Assembly (NCBI GenBank): GCA_041752715.1 | Contig: JBGSVY010000252.1 | Location: forward strand, 2,960 to 66,959 | Length of the DNA: 64,000 nucleotides | Direction: 5' to 3' | DNA from: Hyphomonas sp. | GTDB lineage: Bacteria; Pseudomonadota; Alphaproteobacteria; Caulobacterales; Hyphomonadaceae | Shown: positions 17,851 through 28,270 of the stretch, one piece after another | How positions within the stretch are numbered: position 1 is the stretch's first letter | Layout: each line of letters starts with the position of its first letter | Position numbers and translations under genes: made by a program | The notes under the pieces: model-generated | Databases searched by the model: none | The model's input: the letters and a program-made list of their open reading frames with translations, nothing else | Told to the model about the DNA's origin: nothing

Positions 17851-19932
17851 ATGGCCACGCGTATCTTGCTTTCAGCAGTTTCCACTTCACTTCTTGCGAG
17901 CGCCGCTTTCGCGCAAGTTGCGCAAGATGAACGGCGTATCGAGGCGCCCGTCATTGTCACGGCGCCAGGTCCTGACCGCACAAGCGATGAACTCATTGGA
18001 AACGCCGCGTCTCTGAACCGGGGCGAAGTGCTGGATCGGCTGTCAAGCACACTCGGAGAGACGATATCTCGCGAGCCCGGCATCAGCTCCACGTTCTTTG
18101 GCCAAGGCGCTAGTCGTCCTGTCTTGCGGGGACTGGGCGCGGAGCGGGTTCAAGTGCTGACAAACGGAATTGGTGTAATCGACGTGTCAGCCGCCAGCCC
18201 GGACCATCAGGTAACAACGGACGGCATAGATGCCGAACGGATCGAGATCCTGCGGGGACCAGCCGCGCTTGCCTATGGGGGACAGGCGATCGGCGGTGTC
18301 GTCAACGTGATCGATGGCTTGATTTCGGAGACATTGCCGGAAAAACCCGTCCAGGCCGAGCTTCTGGCAGCTTACAACAGCGTGAATGAAGGCACTGAAC
18401 TCGCAGGACTGACCCGTTTCGTCACAGGTCCGTTTGTTTTTGCACTGACGGCATCCACCCGCGACTTTGGCGACTACGACATACCTGACTTCGTAGAATC
18501 GCCGCAGCTGCGCGCGCTCGAGGCGCTCGAAGGTGAGGCTGAGGGTGACGAGGCTCGCGACACCGTCGAGAACTCCTTCGTCGAGACTGCATCGCTTGCT
18601 GGCGGCGTGTCTTGGGTGGGCGACCGGGGCTTTGCCGGTGTTGCTGTCCGTCAGCAAACGTCAGAGTACGGCCTTCCGGGAGGGCATGAACACGGCGAAG
18701 AAGAGGGCGGAGACGAGGCTAAAGAGGAGCTTCCATTCATTGATCTAGAACAGACACGCGTCGATTTGCGTGGTGGCTTCAACATTGATGGGGAGGCGCT
18801 CAAACGTATCCTCGCCTCGGTTTCTCTATCTGACTATACGCACACAGAGTTTGAAGCGCCCGGTGAACCGGGCACCCTATTCGAAAGCGATGGGTATGAG
18901 GCGCGCATCGAACTCGACCATGTAATCGCAGGCTTCGAAGGCGCGATCGGCCTGCAGGCATTCGACAAGTCTCTGAACGCGCAAGGCGACGAGGCTTTCA
19001 TCACGCCAACCGACACGAAATCGCTCGCGCTTTTCGTGTACGAGACCATTGAACTTGGCTCCGGCCTCGGGTTCGAGGGCGGCGCCAGGATCGAGCGTCT
19101 GAACCTCGACAACATCGATGCTGGTGATGTCGAATTCGATCTTTTCAGCGCGTCGGCAGGCGTGCACCGCCATCTCACGTCCGGGTGGTTCTTCGGCACA
19201 CAAGCCAGCTATACGGAACGTGCACCAAACGAGAGCGAACTCTTTGCTTTTGGTCCTCACCTTGCGACACGGCAGTTCGAAGTTGGTGACGCCACGCTCG
19301 GCAAGGAAAGCGGACTCAACATCGAAGGTACAGCGCGTTGGAGCAGTGATCGTCTAAGTTTTGGAGCGAATATCTTCCGGACGGCGTTCACCGATTTCAT
19401 TTATCTCAGACCAGGCACCTTCGAAGAGGATGGCGTCCTGATCGACGAAGAAGACGGCTTGCCCGTCTTCGTCTTTGCCGCCGAGGACGCAACCTTTACC
19501 GGCGGCGAGATTTATGCGGAGCTTCTCACGTATGACGGTCCGATCGGTGTTGACTGGACCGTGAAAGCGAGCGCAAACTTCGTCGATGCGGAACTCGATT
19601 CGGGGGGCGCCGTCCCTTTGATCCCGCCATTCAGCCTCAACGGCGATGTAGCAGGCCAATGGGGGGCGCTTGAATTGGGTGCAGGCTTCGAATGGGCGGG
19701 CGAGCAGGATGATCCAGGCGTTGGCCAGCTTCCGACGGATAGCTACACCCTACTGGACCTCCGGGCTGCGGTTGATCTTTCATACTTTGAGTTCGGGAAG
19801 CCGGGCACGAAGGCCTTTGTCGAGGTTCGTAATGTCACCGATGCAGAGGCGCGACTGTCGACATCAGTCTTGCGGGATTTCGCACCGCTTCCCGGCCGCA
19901 ACGTGCGGGCCGGCATCCGCGTTTCCTTCTGA
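17851..19932 (+). CDS. TonB-dependent receptor, ZnuD-like (zinc uptake)
   Basis: ASRPVLRG, SPDH, His/Glu-rich GHEHGEEEGG loop, ELFAFGPHLAT, PGRNV, C-terminal Phe. Confidence 0.85.
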   Translation: MATRILLSAVSTSLLASAAFAQVAQDERRIEAPVIVTAPGPDRTSDELIGNAASLNRGEVLDRLSSTLGETISREPGISSTFFGQGASRPVLRGLGAERVQVLTNGIGVIDVSAASPDHQVTTDGIDAERIEILRGPAALAYGGQAIGGVVNVIDGLISETLPEKPVQAELLAAYNSVNEGTELAGLTRFVTGPFVFALTASTRDFGDYDIPDFVESPQLRALEALEGEAEGDEARDTVENSFVETASLAGGVSWVGDRGFAGVAVRQQTSEYGLPGGHEHGEEEGGDEAKEELPFIDLEQTRVDLRGGFNIDGEALKRILASVSLSDYTHTEFEAPGEPGTLFESDGYEARIELDHVIAGFEGAIGLQAFDKSLNAQGDEAFITPTDTKSLALFVYETIELGSGLGFEGGARIERLNLDNIDAGDVEFDLFSASAGVHRHLTSGWFFGTQASYTERAPNESELFAFGPHLATRQFEVGDATLGKESGLNIEGTARWSSDRLSFGANIFRTAFTDFIYLRPGTFEEDGVLIDEEDGLPVFVFAAEDATFTGGEIYAELLTYDGPIGVDWTVKASANFVDAELDSGGAVPLIPPFSLNGDVAGQWGALELGAGFEWAGEQDDPGVGQLPTDSYTLLDLRAAVDLSYFEFGKPGTKAFVEVRNVTDAEARLSTSVLRDFAPLPGRNVRAGIRVSF

Positions 19933-19948
19933 GGCGTGACTTACGGCA

Positions 19949-22900
19949 TCAATGAAAGTTTCGTCCCTTTGGAATGACCGTGACGTTTCGGGGATGGCGG
20001 TGAAGCCCTTCCTTGCGTCCAGGCCCTGGACGTTCCGGGATAGGCCGGGCGACTTCATCGGCATTCGCGAGGATACCCTTGAGGGGGTCGCGCATCGCAT
20101 CTTCGGTCAGTAATGACAACTCACGCGTCCTGTCGATCAGCTGCTCGGCGACAATGTGCGTGACGTTGTCTGCCGTCTGCACACGGCCTTTCACGTGCAG
20201 GATGCGTGCGCCCATCACGACAGGCCTGAACCGTTCCATGACACGCTGCCAGACAACCAGATTGGCGATTCCCGTTTCGTCCTCGATCGTCACGAAGACA
20301 ACCCCGTTTGCAGACCCCGGACGTTGCCGGACGAGCACGAGACCGGATGTCTGTACACGGCGCCCATCGCCGCGCATGCAGGCCTCCGATGTAGAGATGA
20401 TGCCGGATGCGGCATGTCGCGCCCGAAGGAACGACATAGGGTGAGCCTTCAGGGAGAGGCGTGTGGTCTGGTAATCCTGGATCACCTGTTCCGAGGCCGG
20501 CATCGAGGGTAACCGGACGGCCGCTTCTGGCCCCTGATCGGCGAGGTCCGCCGCCGCAAAGAGGGGCAACGTGTTATCGCGCGCATCGCCGCGCACCTGC
20601 CAGAGCGCCTCGCGCCGGGTCATTTTCATTGATCCGAACGCATCGGCCGCCGCAAGACGCTCCAGCGGTGTGCGCCCGATGCCCGCACGGCGGCGAATAT
20701 CATCGGGCGTGTCATACCCCTGCCCGCGCGCGGCCATCAGCGCCTCCATGTCGTCTTCGCGCAGGCCATCCACCTGGCGAAGGCCAAGCCGGACAGCGCA
20801 CAGGCCATCGCCCCGTTCGGCCGGCTCGAGGGTATTGTCCCAATCCGAGAGGTTCACGTCGACGGAGCGCACCTCAACGCCATGCTCGCATGCATCGCGC
20901 ACGATCTGTGCGGGCGCATAGAAACCCATCGGCTGGCTGTTGAGCAGGGCGGCGCAGAAGACATCCGGGTGGTGGCATTTCAGCCAACTCGACACATAGA
21001 CGAGCAAGGCAAATGACGCCGCATGGCTTTCCGGAAATCCGTACTCACCAAAGCCTTTCACCTGATCGAAGCAGCGCTTGGCGAATTCGGGCTGGTAGCC
21101 GCGCGAGACCATGCGGCTCACCATCATGTCTTCGTAATTCTGGATTGTCCCTACCTTGCGAAAGGTCGCCATGGCCCGGCGCAAGCCATTCGCCTCGTCG
21201 GGCGTGAACTTCGCGGCGTCAATCGAGATCTGCATGGCCTGCTCCTGGAAGAGCGGGACACCCAGCGTGCGCTTCAGGATCTTTGCGAGTTCATCAGGCG
21301 GGCCATGCTCGGCCGATGGGCTTGGATAGGTCACTGTCTCCAGCCCTTTGCGCCGGCGCAGGTAAGGATGCACCATGTCGCCCTGGATCGGACCCGGCCG
21401 GACGATCGCCACCTCGATCACGAGATCGTAGAAGACCCGCGGACGCAGGCGCGGCAGCATGTTCATCTGTGCCCGGCTCTCGACCTGGAAGACGCCAAGG
21501 CTGTCGCCCTTGCAGAGCATGTCGTAGGTCGCGGTGTCGTTCTGGGGAATGGTCGCAAGATCGAAGCGCTCCCCCTTGTGCGCCTCGATCAGATCGAAAG
21601 CCTTCCGGATGCAGGTCAGCATGCCGAGCGCCAGGACATCGACCTTCATGATGCCGAGCGCGTTGATGTCGTCCTTGTCCCACTCGATGAACGTCCGCGC
21701 ATCCATAGCGGCGTTACCGATCGGCACCGTTTCGATCAGGGGGCCTCGCGTCAGTACAAATCCGCCGACATGCTGCGAAAGATGCCGGGGAAAGCCGATA
21801 AGCTGCCGCGTCAGGTTGATCGCGCGGCGGATGACCGGGTTCAGCGGATCGAGTCCCGTCTCGGCGATCTGCTTGTCGGGGATGTCCTTGCCCCAACTCC
21901 CCCAGACGCAACCCGCCAGCGCTGACGACACATCTTCGGTTAACCCGAGTGCCTTGCACACTTCACGCACGGCCGAGCGCGGCCGGTAGGAGATCACCGT
22001 TGCCGTCAGGGCGGCGCGATCACGGCCATAGCGGCTGTATACATATTGGATGACTTCCTCACGCCGCTCATGCTCAAAGTCGACGTCGATATCTGGCGGT
22101 TCCTTACGCTCGCGCGACAAAAAGCGCTCGAAAAGAAGGCTCGTCTCGGCCGGATCGACACTCGTAATCCCCAGGCAGAAACAGGCTGCGGAATTGGCGG
22201 CCGAGCCGCGGCCCTGGCACAGAATACCCTGCGACCTCGCCCAGGCGACGATATCATGCACGGTAAGAAAATACGGCGCATACTGAAGGTCCTCGATCAG
22301 CGCGAGCTCTCTCCTTATCTGTGTCGACACAGATTCAGGCACGCCTTTCGGGTAGCGCCATTCCGCCCCTTTCCATGTCAGGTATTCAAGATGGCGTTGC
22401 GGCGTTGACCCCGGCGGCACGGGTTCATCGGGATACTCGTAGGCGAGCTCGTCAAGGCTGAACTGGCAGCGCGCCATGATCTCGAGCGTGCGCGAGAGTG
22501 CGGGCGCAAATCCCCTGAAGAGCCGCGCCATCTCGGCCGGACCTTTCAGGTGGCGTTCGGCATTGGCTTCCAGTCTGAAGCCCGCCGTTTCGATCGTGCA
22601 ATGCTCACGGATGCAGGTCATGACATCCTGCAAGGGCCGGCGTTCGGGAACGTGATAGAGCGCATCATTGGTCGCAACAATCGGCGCACCTGCGCGCGCG
22701 CCGATCCCCGCAAGGCGGGCAAGGCGCTCGCGGTTGCGACCTTGATAAGTGTAGCGCGCCGCCAGATAAACCTGGCCCGGCTGGGCAGAGGCAAAGCTGG
22801 TGAGGAAAGCCTCGAATTGTGCAATCGGCGGCTCACCTCCGGCGGTGAAGAGCCCGTCTGGCGGAAGGATGATGAAGACCTGCCCTTCAGATGCGCCTCG

Positions 22901-23236
22901 AATATCATCTATACGCAAAAGGCATGCGCCCTTCTGTACACGCAGCTTTCCCTCAGACAGCAGGCGCGAGAGGCGGCCATACGCAGCGCGGGTTTCTGGA
23001 TAGCAGATCATCTCTGGTCCATCCTCAGGCACAAGGCGTGCGCCGACGAGTAGCCGCAGCCCCGCAGACTTGGCTGCGATATGTGCCCGCACGACACCGG
23101 CCAGCGTGTTGCGGTCTGCAACGCCAATCGCGGCAAGCCCGATATCCCGCGCCCGCGCGACCAGTTCCTCCGCATGCGAGGCACCCTCAAGGAAGGAAAA
23201 GTTCGTCATGACGGCAAGCTCGGCATAACCTATCAT
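19949..23236 (-). CDS. dnaE2: Error-prone DNA polymerase DnaE2 (ImuC)
   Basis: [17 protein letters not shown] start, [39 protein letters not shown] tail. Confidence 0.97.
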   Translation of the reverse strand: MIGYAELAVMTNFSFLEGASHAEELVARARDIGLAAIGVADRNTLAGVVRAHIAAKSAGLRLLVGARLVPEDGPEMICYPETRAAYGRLSRLLSEGKLRVQKGACLLRIDDIRGASEGQVFIILPPDGLFTAGGEPPIAQFEAFLTSFASAQPGQVYLAARYTYQGRNRERLARLAGIGARAGAPIVATNDALYHVPERRPLQDVMTCIREHCTIETAGFRLEANAERHLKGPAEMARLFRGFAPALSRTLEIMARCQFSLDELAYEYPDEPVPPGSTPQRHLEYLTWKGAEWRYPKGVPESVSTQIRRELALIEDLQYAPYFLTVHDIVAWARSQGILCQGRGSAANSAACFCLGITSVDPAETSLLFERFLSRERKEPPDIDVDFEHERREEVIQYVYSRYGRDRAALTATVISYRPRSAVREVCKALGLTEDVSSALAGCVWGSWGKDIPDKQIAETGLDPLNPVIRRAINLTRQLIGFPRHLSQHVGGFVLTRGPLIETVPIGNAAMDARTFIEWDKDDINALGIMKVDVLALGMLTCIRKAFDLIEAHKGERFDLATIPQNDTATYDMLCKGDSLGVFQVESRAQMNMLPRLRPRVFYDLVIEVAIVRPGPIQGDMVHPYLRRRKGLETVTYPSPSAEHGPPDELAKILKRTLGVPLFQEQAMQISIDAAKFTPDEANGLRRAMATFRKVGTIQNYEDMMVSRMVSRGYQPEFAKRCFDQVKGFGEYGFPESHAASFALLVYVSSWLKCHHPDVFCAALLNSQPMGFYAPAQIVRDACEHGVEVRSVDVNLSDWDNTLEPAERGDGLCAVRLGLRQVDGLREDDMEALMAARGQGYDTPDDIRRRAGIGRTPLERLAAADAFGSMKMTRREALWQVRGDARDNTLPLFAAADLADQGPEAAVRLPSMPASEQVIQDYQTTRLSLKAHPMSFLRARHAASGIISTSEACMRGDGRRVQTSGLVLVRQRPGSANGVVFVTIEDETGIANLVVWQRVMERFRPVVMGARILHVKGRVQTADNVTHIVAEQLIDRTRELSLLTEDAMRDPLKGILANADEVARPIPERPGPGRKEGLHRHPRNVTVIPKGRNFH

Positions 23237-24804
23237 GCGAAAAATCCCTGCACGAACCATTCAGGCGCCGCACCGCGGCCATCACCATAGAGCCCTTCGC
23301 GGTAGACCCAGTAACGCCGCCCTTCGCTATCTTCGACGCGGTAATAATCGCGCGTGCGCGGCAGGCTCGCGCCCGGCTCGGAACCAGCCGCAGGAAGATG
23401 CTGCCACCATTCAGGGCTGATCCGTTCTGGCCCGTCTGCACGCAGGACAGTCCGTAATATGCGCCGCCACACAAACCTCAGGGGAGGTCCATCCGGGACT
23501 TCCGCAAGCACCTCAACACGCTCTGGATAAGCCAGCATCCTCACCGGCCTTGGCCCGGCGACAGGTGAAGAGGCTGCGCCCTCTGGCAGACTGCCGGTAT
23601 AAGTTTCGGTCTGCTCGGCCCTGCCCGGCAAGTGGCTGGGGCTTCGCCGCGTTATGCATACCGTTGCCTCGCCAAGGCGTGCGGTGATCCGGTCAGCGAG
23701 CACCGCGAGGGCGGCCTCGTCCGTGTCGTATGCGGCAAGATCACCCGACAACGCCATGCTGCTGCGGGCAAGAGGATCGGTCCGCCGTGCTTCCAGAATC
23801 AGCAGGTCGATTCCGAAACCGGGATCAATGCACGCAATCTTCTCGGCGAAGAGACGCAGCACATGCTCCGGCGCAGACACAGGCCGCGCCGCTGCAACAT
23901 CAACCTGTGAGACCACCCCATCGGAACGGAAGGCATGGAAACGAAATACCCGGGCGCCCTGCCCCGCAGCACTGAGATCCGCACAGAGACGTGTCATCAG
24001 CTGGCGCAGGCCCTCTGCAATGCCTTCCGCGCTCATCAGGGGCTCGGGGCATGGCAGGCGCGCGGAATAGGCCGGTGGCGGGTACAGCGGCCGCAGGGGC
24101 TCAACCCTCAGGCCCAGTGCCTGGTCGAGCCGCATGCACACATCCTCTGCGGCCTGTTGCGAATGAAACCGCCGGGCGAGCGCCTTGCGATCAATGCCGT
24201 AGAGCTCGCCGATCCGCGTCAGGCCGAACCGGCGCAGCAGCGTCACGGCCTGCGCCGACAGGCGCAAGGATGTCACCGGCAGCCCGGCAAGCCCCTCCCG
24301 TTCAGCACCTTCAGGCAATATTCCCGGTGCGGCGCGCGCAAGCGCGAAGGCTGCACCCGGCGTTCCCGCAAGGCCCAACTGGTTTGTGTAGCCCGTCTGC
24401 GTCAGCCGCAGCGACAGGGCCTGCACGAGGGCTGCCTCACCCCCGAACAAGTGATCGACACCTGTCGTCTCCAGCATCAGCGCGTCATTGCCATCAAGCG
24501 AAACAAGGGGTGAAAAGCGCACCATCCAGCCAGCAAGCGCTCTCAGCGCATCGCCGTCCGCGGCACGGTCGATCTCCTCGACCCTGAGCTTCGGCACACG
24601 GGCCCGGGCATCGGCAAGCTTCAGGCCGGGCTCAAGCCCGCCCTCCCGCGCCGTTGTATTTGCCGCCGCAATGACACGCCCATTTGCCGACGGCTCCGTC
24701 AGTACGAAGGGGGCCGGCTTATCCGGCCTTGGCGAGAGCGACCGCAGCCGGCGCAGCCGGTCGAGCGGCCAGTCCGGCAGCCACAGAGAGAGATAGCGTT
24801 TCAT
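23233..24804 (-). CDS. imuB: ImuB, inactive Y-family polymerase
   Basis: RYLSLWLP start, [10 protein letters not shown] and RDYYRVED C-terminal motifs; lies between imuA and dnaE2. Confidence 0.93.
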   Translation of the reverse strand: MKRYLSLWLPDWPLDRLRRLRSLSPRPDKPAPFVLTEPSANGRVIAAANTTAREGGLEPGLKLADARARVPKLRVEEIDRAADGDALRALAGWMVRFSPLVSLDGNDALMLETTGVDHLFGGEAALVQALSLRLTQTGYTNQLGLAGTPGAAFALARAAPGILPEGAEREGLAGLPVTSLRLSAQAVTLLRRFGLTRIGELYGIDRKALARRFHSQQAAEDVCMRLDQALGLRVEPLRPLYPPPAYSARLPCPEPLMSAEGIAEGLRQLMTRLCADLSAAGQGARVFRFHAFRSDGVVSQVDVAAARPVSAPEHVLRLFAEKIACIDPGFGIDLLILEARRTDPLARSSMALSGDLAAYDTDEAALAVLADRITARLGEATVCITRRSPSHLPGRAEQTETYTGSLPEGAASSPVAGPRPVRMLAYPERVEVLAEVPDGPPLRFVWRRILRTVLRADGPERISPEWWQHLPAAGSEPGASLPRTRDYYRVEDSEGRRYWVYREGLYGDGRGAAPEWFVQGFFA

Positions 24805-25432
24805 CGTTCCACTCAAGGTCATAGGCTTGGCCTGCGAGCTGAGGTGCAATCCGGCAGCGCTCCAGCACCGCGCACCAGCGCGCATATCCGGGCGCATGCG
24901 GATCAAACGGGTTACGGGCAGACGGTTTTGCTTTCACACGCCAGCGCGCTGTGGCTGCCGTGGCGCCCTCGCGCTGGTACGGCATCAGCAGGATCACCGG
25001 CACGCCATAACGACCCGAGGCGAGCGCCAGCCGCCGCGTGGCCGTGAAATCAGCTTCCGCGATCTCGGCCACCACCAACGCGACAGCCCCCGACACCACT
25101 GCCTCCTCGATGGCCCAGAGTGCATGCGCAAGCCTGCCTGTCCGCACGCAGAGACGCTGGACAGGCGCGCGCCGGAAAGCCGCGAGGGCCGCCTCAGGCA
25201 CATCACCATGATCCCGGCCTGGGCCCGACTGGCTGACCCAGAAAACCGTCCCGCGCCGCACCTGCGCCGCCGCAAGGGCAAAGCCTGTCAGCGCCGGAAA
25301 ATCGCCGTGGGCCGCTTCGGCAATCTCATGCAGGCCACTGACGCCCATGCCGAAGGGAAAAGCCGCCTGAATGGGAAAAGGCGCCGTGAGCGGGCGCACG
25401 ATGCCTTTCGCCTTGAGGGTCGCGATATCCAT
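24719..25432 (-). CDS. imuA: ImuA, RecA-like mutagenesis protein
   Basis: GLHEI, LWAIEEA, DFTATRRLALA, ATARWRV motifs; first gene of the cassette. Confidence 0.88.
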   Translation of the reverse strand: MDIATLKAKGIVRPLTAPFPIQAAFPFGMGVSGLHEIAEAAHGDFPALTGFALAAAQVRRGTVFWVSQSGPGRDHGDVPEAALAAFRRAPVQRLCVRTGRLAHALWAIEEAVVSGAVALVVAEIAEADFTATRRLALASGRYGVPVILLMPYQREGATAATARWRVKAKPSARNPFDPHAPGYARWCAVLERCRIAPQLAGQAYDLEWNDETLSLSVAAGLAARPAAPAAVALAKAG

Positions 25433-25434
25433 AT

Positions 25435-25449
25435 GTTCTTATTTTGTTC
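25435..25449 (-). promoter_or_regulatory. Alphaproteobacterial LexA (SOS) box
   Basis: Exact GTTC-N7-GTTC (GTTCTTATTTTGTTC), 2 nt upstream of the imuA ATG. Confidence 0.9.
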
Positions 25450-25507
25450 TTTTGAGGCTGAGTCAAGGCTCACCCCCAAAAAGAGCATCGAATCCTGAGC
25501 CGCAGGC

Positions 25508-26923
25508 TCAGATGTGGAGCGCGCGACCCTCAGCATCGAGCACGGCTTCGTGCATCGTCTCGGAAATTGTGGGGTGCGCGAAGACGGTGTGCATCAGGTC
25601 CTGTTCCGTCAGCTCGCCCTGGCGTGCGATGACATAACCCTGGATCAGCTCAGTGACCTCGGCGCCGATCATGTGCGCGCCGAGAAGCTCGCCGGTCTTC
25701 TTGTCGAAAATCGTCTTCACGAGGCCCTGCTCTGCGCCCATCGCGATGGCCTTGCCATTGCCAATGAAGGGAAAACGGCCGACCTTGATGTCGTGGCCCT
25801 TGGCCTTGGCAGCGGCCTCCGTGAGGCCGACGCTCGCGACCTGCGGATGCGAATAGGTGCAGCCCGGTACGTTCGAGGCATCAAACGGCTCTGCGTGATT
25901 CTTGCCCGCGATGCCTTCGACGCAGACGACGCCTTCATGGCTCGCCTTGTGGGCTAGCCAGGGCGGGCCGGTCAGATCGCCGATGGCATAGAGACCCGGC
26001 ACGCCGGTCTTGCCGAAACCGTCCACGACGACGTGGGTCTTGTCGATCTTCACGCCGAGGGCTTCGAGACCAAGGTTTTCGACATTGCCGACGATGCCGA
26101 CAGCAAGGATGGCGCGGTCGAACTCCTTCGTTTCCTTCTTGCCGTCCTTGGTCGTGATGTGGGCAGTGACCACATTCTTGCCGGCCTTGACGTTCTCGAC
26201 CTTGGCGCCGGTCAGGATGTTCAAGCCCTGCTTCTTGAAATCCTTCTCGGCGAGGGCGGAAATCTCGGCGTCTTCGACCGGCAGGATTCGGTCCATCACT
26301 TCGACAACCGCCACTTCGCTGCCGAGTTCGTTGTAGAAGCTCGCAAACTCGATGCCGATGGCGCCTGAGCCAATGACCAGGAGACGTTTCGGCATCACGT
26401 CCGGCGTCATCGCCTCGCGGTAGGTCCAGACCAGCTTGCCATCCGCGACGAGGCCCGCCTGCGGAATGTCGCGCGCGCGGGCGCCGGTGGCAAGCATCAC
26501 GTGTTTGGCCGTGTACGGTGTATCCTTGCCATCCTTGCCCTTGACGCCGACCTTTGGCGCGGGTGCGCCTTTCTCGAGGCGCGCGGTGCCTTCGATGACG
26601 TCAATCTTGTTCTTCTTCATCAGGAACTTGACGCCGTTTGACAGCTGCGAGGCAACGCCGCGCGAGCGCTTCACGACGGCTTCCAGATCAAATGACGGGT
26701 TCTCGATCTTCAAGCCGAAGGATTTGGCGTGCTTGGCAAGATGAAGCACTTCAGCGGAGCGCAGCAGCGCCTTGGTCGGGATGCAGCCCCAGTTGAGACA
26801 GATGCCGCCAAGGCTCTCGCGCTCGACGATAGCCGTCTTCATGCCGAGCTGGCTCGCGCGTATTGCCGCAACATAGCCGCCGGGGCCGGAGCCGATGACG
26901 ATGAGATCGTAGTGGGTGCTCAT
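25508..26923 (-). CDS. lpdA: Dihydrolipoamide dehydrogenase (E3)
   Basis: GSGPGGYVAA, GGICLNWGCIPTK, HPTISE. Confidence 0.97.
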   Translation of the reverse strand: MSTHYDLIVIGSGPGGYVAAIRASQLGMKTAIVERESLGGICLNWGCIPTKALLRSAEVLHLAKHAKSFGLKIENPSFDLEAVVKRSRGVASQLSNGVKFLMKKNKIDVIEGTARLEKGAPAPKVGVKGKDGKDTPYTAKHVMLATGARARDIPQAGLVADGKLVWTYREAMTPDVMPKRLLVIGSGAIGIEFASFYNELGSEVAVVEVMDRILPVEDAEISALAEKDFKKQGLNILTGAKVENVKAGKNVVTAHITTKDGKKETKEFDRAILAVGIVGNVENLGLEALGVKIDKTHVVVDGFGKTGVPGLYAIGDLTGPPWLAHKASHEGVVCVEGIAGKNHAEPFDASNVPGCTYSHPQVASVGLTEAAAKAKGHDIKVGRFPFIGNGKAIAMGAEQGLVKTIFDKKTGELLGAHMIGAEVTELIQGYVIARQGELTEQDLMHTVFAHPTISETMHEAVLDAEGRALHI

Positions 26924-26938
26924 GGTGTTCCTTCCGGC

Positions 26939-28270
26939 CTATAGCAGCATCGCTTGCGGTGTTTCCACATACCGCTTGAACGCAGCCAGCCACTTCGCGC
27001 CTTCGGCGCCGCCGATGACGCGGTGGTCGCAGGTGAGCGTCACGCTCATCACAGTGCGGGCCACGATCGCGCCCGCCTCATCGACGACCGCGCGCTTCTC
27101 GCCCGCGCCGACCGAGAGGATCATGCCCTCCGGCGGGTTGATGATCGAGGCAAAGGACTTGATGCCGAACATGCCGAGGTTCGAGATCGAGAAGGTGCCG
27201 CCCATGTATTCCTGCGGCTTGAGCTTGCGCTCGCGGGCGCGAAGGGCGAGGTCCTTCATCTCTTCCGAAATCTCAGCAAGGCCCTTGCCTTCGGCCTTGA
27301 AGATGACTGGCGTGATCAGCCCGCCTTCGACCGCTACGGCGACCGAGATATTGGCGTGCTTGTGATAGGCTAGCCCCTTGTCCGTGAACGACGCATTGCA
27401 GTCCGGCTCATCGATCAGCGCCAGCGCAGCTGCCTTGATAAGCAAGTCATTGACCGAGATCTTCACGTCCTTCGGCGCCGCCGCGTTGATCGCGGCGCGG
27501 CTTTCCAGAAGGTTGTCGAGCTGGATGTCGATGTTCAGCGGGAAGTGCGGCACCTGCATGAAGCTCTGCGTCAGACGCTTGGCGACCGTCCTGCGCATGC
27601 CGTCGAGCGGCTTCAGGGCGTAGGTGTCCGGCGCGTAGACACGGTCGTCCAGGATTTGCGGCAGGATGAGACCGTCGGCAGTCATCGGCGCGCCGCCGTG
27701 TGCGGGCTGCGCGGCGGCGGTTTTTGCATTCTCCACATCGCGGCGGATGATGCGGCCGTGCGGGCCGGAGCCCTTGAGGGCTTTCAGGTCAATGCCCTTG
27801 TTGGCCGCGATGCGCCTGGCCAGCGGCGAGGCCATGATCCGTGTACCCACATTCCGCTCATCCCGGCGCAGGCCGGGATCCAGAACGGCGACCGATGATT
27901 GGCCCCCGGCTTTCGCCGGGGTGAGCGGAGACGGAGAGGCAACGGGAGGTGTCGAGGGCTTTGGTGCGGGTGCAGCTTCCGCTTTCGCTGGGGCAGCCGC
28001 AGGCGCCTTCACATCGCCCGCGCTCTCGCCCTCTTCCAGCAGCACGGCGATCACGGCATTGACCTTCACGCCTTCGGTGCCTGCCGGCACTAGCAGCTTG
28101 CCGACCTTGCCTTCGTCGACCGCTTCGACTTCCATCGTCGCCTTGTCGGTCTCAATCTCGGCGATGATCATGCCGGACTTGACGGTGTCGCCTTCCTTGA
28201 CCAGCCATTTTGCCAGCGTGCCCTCTTCCATCGTGGGGCTTAGCGCAGGCATCGTGATGTTAATGGGCAT
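26939..28270 (-). CDS. pdhC: Pyruvate dehydrogenase E2, dihydrolipoamide acetyltransferase
   Basis: Lipoyl domain ETDKA, ASPLARR E3-binding domain, DHRVIGG catalytic motif. Confidence 0.96.
   Translation of the reverse strand: MPINITMPALSPTMEEGTLAKWLVKEGDTVKSGMIIAEIETDKATMEVEAVDEGKVGKLLVPAGTEGVKVNAVIAVLLEEGESAGDVKAPAAAPAKAEAAPAPKPSTPPVASPSPLTPAKAGGQSSVAVLDPGLRRDERNVGTRIMASPLARRIAANKGIDLKALKGSGPHGRIIRRDVENAKTAAAQPAHGGAPMTADGLILPQILDDRVYAPDTYALKPLDGMRRTVAKRLTQSFMQVPHFPLNIDIQLDNLLESRAAINAAAPKDVKISVNDLLIKAAALALIDEPDCNASFTDKGLAYHKHANISVAVAVEGGLITPVIFKAEGKGLAEISEEMKDLALRARERKLKPQEYMGGTFSISNLGMFGIKSFASIINPPEGMILSVGAGEKRAVVDEAGAIVARTVMSVTLTCDHRVIGGAEGAKWLAAFKRYVETPQAMLL
27853..27929. repeat. REP-doublet-like palindromic element within the pdhC linker
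   Basis: Inverted arms TCCGCTCATCCCGGCGCAGGCCGGGATCCAG and TTGGCCCCCGGCTTTCGCCGGGGTGAGCGGA; each arm is itself a hairpin; second copy at 29319-29407. Confidence 0.85.
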
